From positions 16,558 to 80,557 of the forward strand of contig JAQBRI010000006.1 in the NCBI GenBank assembly GCA_028286585.1: a DNA stretch of 64,000 nt, in the 5' to 3' direction. Below, in pieces: positions 57,786-64,000 of this stretch. The DNA is from Candidatus Kaiserbacteria bacterium. GTDB taxonomy: Bacteria; Patescibacteriota; Minisyncoccia; Phycocordibacterales; UBA2100. The notes below the pieces were generated by a model, which had not been told where the DNA came from, did no database searches, and saw only the letters and a list, made by a program, of their open reading frames with translations. Every line of letters begins with the position of its first letter. The stretch's first letter is position 1. The position numbers and the translations under genes are program-made.

Positions 57786-58295
57786 TCATTCCTTGGCTTT
57801 AGTTTCATTTAAGAACAGAAGTGTTCTCATTCGTTTTACCGACTCCTTCAAAATCCATTCCGCCATTTCGCAGACTTGGACTTCGAACTCAGCAGTCGGA
57901 AGGTTCGCCATTGCCGGCTCGTACTTAAGAAGAAGATCTCGTATTTCTTTCATGAGCGTTTCTTCAACCAACTTCCACAGACCAGCCTGTGGGTTGCCTT
58001 TGAACGAATTCAAGTGCCCGTGAATTCGATCCCACTTCGCTTCGTCAGAGGTTTTACCCATGGTGTGGCACTTGTCGCACTCGCGCACGGTTCCCCATAT
58101 CCCTGCATCAAAGTCACTGTGGAGTATGCCTCCGCAGACGCATAATGTTCCTCTATCATCTTCTGAGCACGCTGGACAGTCGCCGTCACCCGAGATATGG
58201 CTTTCTTTCCCGGTTCCAAGAGTAAATGTACCCTCTTTTTTAAATGCTGCATTTAAGAGAGCAGCCTCCGGATTAATTGGGATAATATTCTCCAT
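57786..58295 (-). CDS. Cys-rich hypothetical protein (putative metal-binding)
   Basis: GDGDCPACSEDDRGTLCVCGG...ECDKCH; 169 aa; own terminator. Confidence 0.45.
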   Translation of the reverse strand: MENIIPINPEAALLNAAFKKEGTFTLGTGKESHISGDGDCPACSEDDRGTLCVCGGILHSDFDAGIWGTVRECDKCHTMGKTSDEAKWDRIHGHLNSFKGNPQAGLWKLVEETLMKEIRDLLLKYEPAMANLPTAEFEVQVCEMAEWILKESVKRMRTLLFLNETKAKE

Positions 58296-58410
58296 GTAAG
58301 TCTCCTGTCAAAGACCACTGTGTTATATTGCCCCAGTCAGGCTAGTCAGAGGAATTCTGAATTTTTATTGTACCATGTATTCTTCTATGCGTAAAGCGTA
58401 TTTTACATGA

Positions 58411-59322
58411 TTACGCGACACCGAATTCTTTTTTTAGCTCTGCGACGCCTTCTTCTACAGAAATAGTTGGTGACCAGCCTAACAATTCACGCGCTTTTGT
58501 ATTGTCAGCACATGAATCATGCGCTTCGATGCGTGGCTTATCGTATACGACTTCTCCGCCAAAAAGTGATGCGAGGTAATTGATAGTAATATTCCGGCCG
58601 GCTCCAATATTGATTACTTCGCCTTTACCAACATGGGCGCTTTCTCCTGCGAGAATGTTGGCTTGCACAACATCACGCACATGCGTAAAATCGCGTGTCA
58701 CCGTTCCATCTCCAAAAATAGTTATTGGCTTACCCTCTTTGCGCGCCATCAAAAATTTGCCAACCGCAAGCGCATACGCTCCATTAGGGTCAAGGCCTGG
58801 GCCATATACATTAAAATAACGCAGAGATACCGTTTCTACTCCGTAAATATCAAACCACATTTTTGCATACAATTCTCCGACATATTTTTGCAAACCATAT
58901 GGATTTACAGCATTCGCCTCCATTGTTTCAACAAGCGGTAATACTGTCTGTTCGCCATATGCCGAACCAGACGCAGAATATACAACGCGGCGCACTTTCG
59001 CCTTTGCTGCCGCTGTCAAAACAGAGACGGTGCCAGTAATGTTGTTGTCGGTTGTCTCGACAGGAAATTCAATCGAGTACGGAACGCGCGGCATTGCAGC
59101 AGTATGATACACAACATCAGCGCCAGCCAAAATAGGAATTATTTCCTCGGTATTCCGCATATCAACTTCGTGCAAGATAGCTTCCTTTGGAAGTGTGTCT
59201 CGACGAAACGACGGATCATTATCAATGATGTGCACTTCATCACCCCGCGCAAGAAGCGCCGTAACCAAATTACTTCCAATAAATCCCGCACCACCTGTCA
59301 CTACCGATTTTTTCTGTGCCAT
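58411..59322 (-). CDS. NAD-dependent epimerase/dehydratase (UDP-hexose 4-epimerase GalE/WbpP-like)
   Basis: SVVTGGAGFIGSNLVTALLARGDEVHIIDN, YALAVGK (YxxxK). Confidence 0.75.
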   Translation of the reverse strand: MAQKKSVVTGGAGFIGSNLVTALLARGDEVHIIDNDPSFRRDTLPKEAILHEVDMRNTEEIIPILAGADVVYHTAAMPRVPYSIEFPVETTDNNITGTVSVLTAAAKAKVRRVVYSASGSAYGEQTVLPLVETMEANAVNPYGLQKYVGELYAKMWFDIYGVETVSLRYFNVYGPGLDPNGAYALAVGKFLMARKEGKPITIFGDGTVTRDFTHVRDVVQANILAGESAHVGKGEVINIGAGRNITINYLASLFGGEVVYDKPRIEAHDSCADNTKARELLGWSPTISVEEGVAELKKEFGVA

Positions 59323-59336
59323 ATAGTTCGACTATA

Positions 59337-60692
59337 TCACGAACCTCGCGCGGTGAGTACAATGCGAATTGTCTGGAAAAGAATATATACATCCAATACG
59401 AGTGAACGCCGGCTCAGGTAAAAGAGATCGTATGCAAGTTTCATTTTAGTCTCGTTGATGTCGGCTCCGTGATGCGGGTCGCGATCGTGACGGATTTGCG
59501 CCCAGCCAGTAAGCCCAGGTGTTACAAGATAGCGTGCACTGTAGTACGGGATTCGTGCATTGTACTGCGCAACAAGTGCTGGGAGTTCGGGACGTGGTCC
59601 AACGAGTGAAAGATCGCCCTTGATCACATTCCAAAGCTGGGGTAACTCGTCGATACGCAAAATACGAATTATCTTACCCACGCGCGTAATATGCAGCTTG
59701 CTGATTCCCCCATTTCCATAGTCACCATTGTCATTGCCACTCATACTTCTAAATTTAACAATATGGATTGGGCGCTGATATTTACCGACTCGCTCCTGCG
59801 TAATAAATATCGGCCCGCCATCTTCTAGCTTGATAGCCAACATAACAAACGGATACACGATCAACGATACGACTCCCATAATACATGCACATGCAAAGTC
59901 GACTGTTCGCTTGAGGCGGTCGTACAATCGCGAAACGGTCACGTGTCGCAATATCCATTCATATCGTACCAACGATAATGGAACTCGTTCAAATACTTCC
60001 TGATACAAATCCAAAATATCAACAAGAATAAAACGTTCTTTTTGGAAAGCCGCGCTGTACATTAATGGCAATATCGTTGCACTTGCTGGATCAAAGAAAT
60101 CAATAACGAGAAAAGATACCGTATCGCGCGCTGCGGCACGACAGGTTTGCTGGACAATCTCATGCGATGGAACGACACTCGTATCAACAACACTCTCAAA
60201 AGAGAGCTGGTAATGCGGGTCGTGCTGAACCTCTTGTGCTAGTACGTGGACATCGTTACCACTCGCGAGCAATACTCCCACAAGCGGCTTTGCCTGATTG
60301 ACGACAGGAAAAATAACCACACGCCACATAAAAATGAGGACGGTCGAAATGACAAGGTAGAGCGCAAGTATTGTTTTTGGCGCAATACCAAAAATTGGCA
60401 TGAAGAAGAAAAAGAATGCAGCAAGAACTATATTAATAGTCTGAGATACGACAATCACCGTCAGGAGTCGTTGTCGGAAAAGCCTCGTGTGTTTTCCATA
60501 CAATCCTGCGACAAAAAACACGCCAATCCAAACGATAAAAATAAACGTAAATGGATACGCGTGGAGTCTATACAGCGCGAGCGATGGGATATCTACGTAT
60601 CGGACTGCGAGCGATATCCAGAGTGATAGGAAGAAGACTATTGCGTCCCCACACAACAAGAGCACATATTCACTTCGTGAAAGGAGCATCAT
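59337..60692 (-). CDS. polyprenyl-phosphate sugar phosphotransferase (bacterial sugar transferase, WbaP/initiating PGPT); start taken at MMLLSR
   Basis: N-terminal TM bundle; C-terminal ELPQLWNVIKGDLSLVGPRPELP...PGLTGWAQI signature. Confidence 0.85.
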   Translation of the reverse strand: MMLLSRSEYVLLLCGDAIVFFLSLWISLAVRYVDIPSLALYRLHAYPFTFIFIVWIGVFFVAGLYGKHTRLFRQRLLTVIVVSQTINIVLAAFFFFFMPIFGIAPKTILALYLVISTVLIFMWRVVIFPVVNQAKPLVGVLLASGNDVHVLAQEVQHDPHYQLSFESVVDTSVVPSHEIVQQTCRAAARDTVSFLVIDFFDPASATILPLMYSAAFQKERFILVDILDLYQEVFERVPLSLVRYEWILRHVTVSRLYDRLKRTVDFACACIMGVVSLIVYPFVMLAIKLEDGGPIFITQERVGKYQRPIHIVKFRSMSGNDNGDYGNGGISKLHITRVGKIIRILRIDELPQLWNVIKGDLSLVGPRPELPALVAQYNARIPYYSARYLVTPGLTGWAQIRHDRDPHHGADINETKMKLAYDLFYLSRRSLVLDVYILFQTIRIVLTARGS

Positions 60693-60717
60693 ATCTCTTT
60701 TAATGTATGATGACATC

Positions 60718-61899
60718 ATGGAGACTAACGTGCAAGGAAATAAACGAATAAAAATTCTATACATCATCACAAAGTCAAATTTTGGCGGTGCACAACGCTA
60801 TATTTACGACCTTGCCACCGCCTTGCCGAAGGATACATTTGATGTTGTGGTTGCTTATGGCGGTACCGGGATTCCTGGCAGCGACAAAGGTCAACTTGCA
60901 ACACTACTCGAAAAGGCAAGTATTCGAACCCTTTATATTGCAGCCCTTGGTCGCGATGTGTCCCTCAAAAACGACTGGAGCGCACTCAAAGAACTTATCA
61001 CTATCTGCAAGCAGGAACGTCCGCAGGTGCTACATCTTAATAGTTCAAAAGTGGGCGGACTTGGTGCGCTCGCCGGACGAATTGCAGGTGTGCCAAGGAT
61101 TATTTTTACCGCACACGGGTGGCCTTTTTGGGAAAAAAGAAGTGCGTTGACGCTTTTTTTCATTCGCATTATTTCTTGGCTGACAGTACTTCTCTCTCAC
61201 AAAACCATTTGTATTTCAGACTTTGACGCAAAAAATATCAACTGGATGAAGGGTGTTAAGAGAAAAATAACTGTCATTCGAAATGGTATTTCTCTATTTC
61301 CTCTTTTGCCTCGCATCCAGGCGCGCAACACGCTCTTTTCTCCCGAGGTGCAGCGACTACATACTGATGATTTTTGGCTGATAAGCAATGGCGAACTGCA
61401 TAAAAACAAAAATTATATCTCTGCTATCAGCGCGGTCATGCAGTACAACAACACACACGAACGAAAAATATTTTACTCCATCATGGGCGAAGGTGAACGA
61501 AAGTACGAGATAGAAAACTATATCGCAAAGCACGCTCAGCAACAGGTCGTGCATTTGCTTGGATTTGTTCCAGAGGGGCGACAATACATGCCTGCATTTG
61601 ATGGCTTTTTTATTCCATCAATCAAAGAAGGTATGCCCTACGTCATTTTAGAAAGCGGCCTTGCCAAACTTCCTGTAATTGCAAGCAACGTGGGCGGTAT
61701 TCCCGAAGTCATAACCGATCACAAGACAGGTCTTCTTGTTAACTCGATACATGTAACCGATATGGTAGGTGCACTTGAGACGCTCGTACAAGACGCAGAT
61801 GTACGCCTTTTGCTTTCGACCCAGCTCTACGACCGTGTTGCAACAAATTATAGTTTAGAGAGAATGGTGGACAAAACCACGGAGCTATATACGAGTTAA
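60718..61899 (+). CDS. GT4 family glycosyltransferase (start at METNVQG)
   Basis: IKEGMPYVILESGLAKLPVIASNVGGIPEV; the track ORF start at 60487 would overlap the divergent gene. Confidence 0.8.
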   Translation: METNVQGNKRIKILYIITKSNFGGAQRYIYDLATALPKDTFDVVVAYGGTGIPGSDKGQLATLLEKASIRTLYIAALGRDVSLKNDWSALKELITICKQERPQVLHLNSSKVGGLGALAGRIAGVPRIIFTAHGWPFWEKRSALTLFFIRIISWLTVLLSHKTICISDFDAKNINWMKGVKRKITVIRNGISLFPLLPRIQARNTLFSPEVQRLHTDDFWLISNGELHKNKNYISAISAVMQYNNTHERKIFYSIMGEGERKYEIENYIAKHAQQQVVHLLGFVPEGRQYMPAFDGFFIPSIKEGMPYVILESGLAKLPVIASNVGGIPEVITDHKTGLLVNSIHVTDMVGALETLVQDADVRLLLSTQLYDRVATNYSLERMVDKTTELYTS

Positions 61900-63056
61900 A
61901 GCACAGCGCCGACAATTTCAGTACTATCTCGCGCCTGAATACTTGGGCGTGCGCGACGGCGCATACTCATTAAAATACCGAGCGCTGTATACTCTATTGC
62001 CAAGTGAGATCCTCCGTAGCTCATAAATGGCAGCGTCGTGCCGGTAATAGGCAGAAGTCCCATATCCATGCCTACATGCACTAATGTTTGTGCGGAAATG
62101 TATACCGCAATACCGGCTACAAACAAGATGTCAAAATTGTCGTCCAGTCGCATCGCTGTTTGCAATATTCGCACAATGATAATTCCAAAGAGTGCGAGCA
62201 ATAAAAGTACTCCAACAAAACCCCACTCCTCGGCATATGATGCAAAAATAAAGTCCGTTTGAAACTCAGGAAGAAATTGCAGTTTACTCTGCGTTCCATA
62301 CCCTATTCCCTTGCCAAGCAGTTGTCCCGAACCGACCGCAATAGTGGACTGATACGCGTTGTACCCAGTACCGCGGATATCGGTGAGCGGGTGGATAAAT
62401 GTCTCGATGCGCGCTTTTTGATATGGCTTGAGCACAAAATGCCACATACCAAAGGCACAGATAGTAGCTATAACTAAAAATGTCACCAAATGTTTCCACG
62501 AAATACCGGCAATCAAGACCATGCCAAACCAAATCGAAAACAATACAATTGCGGAGCCAAAATCAGGCTGCAATGCGACGAGTCCAAATAATACAAAGGC
62601 ATACAGTCCAGAAATAATAATGTGTTTAATGTGCGCAATTTCGATATGTCGGCGTGCAAAATATTTTGCCAAAATAATAAGGAGCGCCAATTTGGCAATG
62701 TCGGCAGGCTGTAATGCAAAAAACACCAGATCAAATCTATTTTGTGCCCCCTTTACGATTGTTCCAAAAACAAAAATCATACCCAAAAGCGATGCCGCGA
62801 TTATGTACAGCGTGGTAACGATAAAGGTACGGCGCAGCGGCTGAAAATCGATACTACTGGCAATGAAAAAGAGAACGAGGGACACCGCTATCCATATTAT
62901 TTGTCGATCAAAAAAGAAATTCTCTGCTGCAAACGAATGCATAACGGAGAGCCCGGCGAGCGACACAAGTAGCGCCGCAGAAAGAAGCGGTATATCCATA
63001 CCGCGAACATATTCAGAAAAAAAACTCGAGAATTTAAACATACCTGTACTCCCCAA
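61896..63056 (-). CDS. SEDS-family peptidoglycan glycosyltransferase (FtsW/RodA)
   Basis: 10 TM; C-terminal GTTLPFMSYGGSHLAIEYTALGILM motif. Confidence 0.85.
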   Translation of the reverse strand: MGSTGMFKFSSFFSEYVRGMDIPLLSAALLVSLAGLSVMHSFAAENFFFDRQIIWIAVSLVLFFIASSIDFQPLRRTFIVTTLYIIAASLLGMIFVFGTIVKGAQNRFDLVFFALQPADIAKLALLIILAKYFARRHIEIAHIKHIIISGLYAFVLFGLVALQPDFGSAIVLFSIWFGMVLIAGISWKHLVTFLVIATICAFGMWHFVLKPYQKARIETFIHPLTDIRGTGYNAYQSTIAVGSGQLLGKGIGYGTQSKLQFLPEFQTDFIFASYAEEWGFVGVLLLLALFGIIIVRILQTAMRLDDNFDILFVAGIAVYISAQTLVHVGMDMGLLPITGTTLPFMSYGGSHLAIEYTALGILMSMRRRARPSIQARDSTEIVGAVL

Positions 63057-63857
63057 CTATCTCTGTGCAGTCGTATCCTCAGCAGGCGCCTTGAGAGGAA
63101 GCACGTCAGTACTCCCTACAACCAATGGAAATGCCTTTGGCCACGTAAATCCGAGATTCACAGCACTTGATCCATTAAAGGTTGCTACAGTCGTTGCTGA
63201 GGCACTCATGGCGTTCCCGACTGTATCAAAGATGACCGCTACAAATGAAACGTCCGAATTCTTGGAAACACTGGTATTGTGTGCAATGGCACTCAGTTTC
63301 GTTCCCGAATCGACCGTTGAGACCAGCATGCCATCGACCAATATTAAGGAGACGGTCGAATGCATCTTTTCCCAAATAAGCGGCTTGTTTGTAAAAGCAA
63401 ACGTGGTGTGCGCAACTATGCGATTTCCAGTTTGTATGTCAGCTTCCATGATAGGTGTAACACCCCCCGGCATGATGTACGCCTCTCCTGTTCGCTCGGC
63501 AAGCAATATGTGGTTTTCGTCATAAAATCTAAAATCATAATCGGCCTTTGCAACTCCGGCGCTCTTGTTGGGATTTTGAATATAGGCAACTGCATTATAG
63601 GTGCCGTCGCGGACATACAAAGCACGTGCCCATTCTATTGAGTATGGCAACAACGCACGCTCGTCGAGTATCAAGCATGGGCCGCCACGATCAATGTTGG
63701 TCTCACCTTGGTTTTGTATTCCATCATGGCACGTGAGTGGGATATTTTCATATTTATAGAGAACAGGACCGCCAATTACAATGGCAAAGAAAATAATGAT
63801 CCCCGTAATGTACAAAAATCGCCGCTGTGATGCCCATGACATGGCATTATTGTACAC
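63057..63857 (-). CDS. membrane-anchored hypothetical protein
   Basis: 266 aa, N-terminal TM, no recognisable domain. Confidence 0.4.
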   Translation of the reverse strand: MYNNAMSWASQRRFLYITGIIIFFAIVIGGPVLYKYENIPLTCHDGIQNQGETNIDRGGPCLILDERALLPYSIEWARALYVRDGTYNAVAYIQNPNKSAGVAKADYDFRFYDENHILLAERTGEAYIMPGGVTPIMEADIQTGNRIVAHTTFAFTNKPLIWEKMHSTVSLILVDGMLVSTVDSGTKLSAIAHNTSVSKNSDVSFVAVIFDTVGNAMSASATTVATFNGSSAVNLGFTWPKAFPLVVGSTDVLPLKAPAEDTTAQR

Positions 63858-64000
63858 CCACCAGTATCAATACAAAAACCCTCCATTTCTGAAGGGTTTT
63901 GTATTTTCAAGTACTTTATGTTGGCGCCAATCTACTCTCGCCTTGCGACTACCATCGACTCAAGAGAGCTTAACTGCCGTGTTCGGAATGAGAACGGGTG

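Noticed and set aside
1-64000. CRISPR arrays, transposases, integrases, prophage blocks, toxin-antitoxin pairs
   Set aside because: Scanned ORF products and intergenic regions; no repeat-spacer arrays, DDE/tyrosine recombinase motifs or phage structural genes recognised; GC-rich islands noted separately

Overview
This 64 kb window comes from a low-GC (about 45%) bacterium with a reduced, CPR/Patescibacteria-like genome, possibly Saccharibacteria-like. The 16S rRNA is divergent and its gene is not followed by a 23S. Peptidoglycan genes are present (murA, murC, murD, murJ, a SEDS protein, ftsB), together with a cytochrome bo3-type quinol oxidase operon and a B12-dependent class II ribonucleotide reductase. 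Genes are densely packed and mostly on the minus strand.

Region by region:
(1) 1-19.5 kb is one long cell-surface glycan biosynthesis island. It holds six SAM methyltransferases, a GtrB/GtrA-like pair, a Wzx-like flippase, a GT9 heptosyltransferase and a complete nucleotide-heptose pathway (gmhA, a heptose kinase, an HldC-GmhB fusion). It also holds a GT4 / phosphatase / LmbE deacetylase / ATP-grasp module, several more GT4s and UGDH-like and UXS-like enzymes.
(2) 19.5-24.3 kb is cyoE-cyoDCBA.
(3) 24.3-29 kb encodes a lamin-tail-domain surface protein, a TraD/VirD4-like coupling ATPase and a secreted TIM-barrel hydrolase-like protein.
(4) 29-34 kb holds rsmI, murC and an unusual PP-loop-domain::MurD fusion.
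(5) 34-37 kb holds two tandem secreted DUF4430 (transcobalamin-beta-like) proteins, one fused to a prenyltransferase-like alpha/alpha toroid.
(6) tRNA-Leu is flanked by partial tRNA-like copies. Then come ftsB, lepA, murJ and a 1.3 kb ORF-poor region containing an unannotated RNase P RNA plus a promoter/terminator-delimited sRNA candidate.
(7) nrdJ, murA, tRNA-Ile and the 16S rRNA follow.
(8) The remainder holds pheA-like, secDF, folD and a second polysaccharide locus (GalE-like epimerase, polyprenyl-P sugar phosphotransferase, GT4, FtsW/RodA).

No CRISPR arrays, transposases or integrases were seen. The most interesting candidates are the PP-loop::MurD fusion, the transcobalamin-like pair next to a B12-dependent RNR, the heptose-containing glycan island, and the ncRNA-rich intergenic region.
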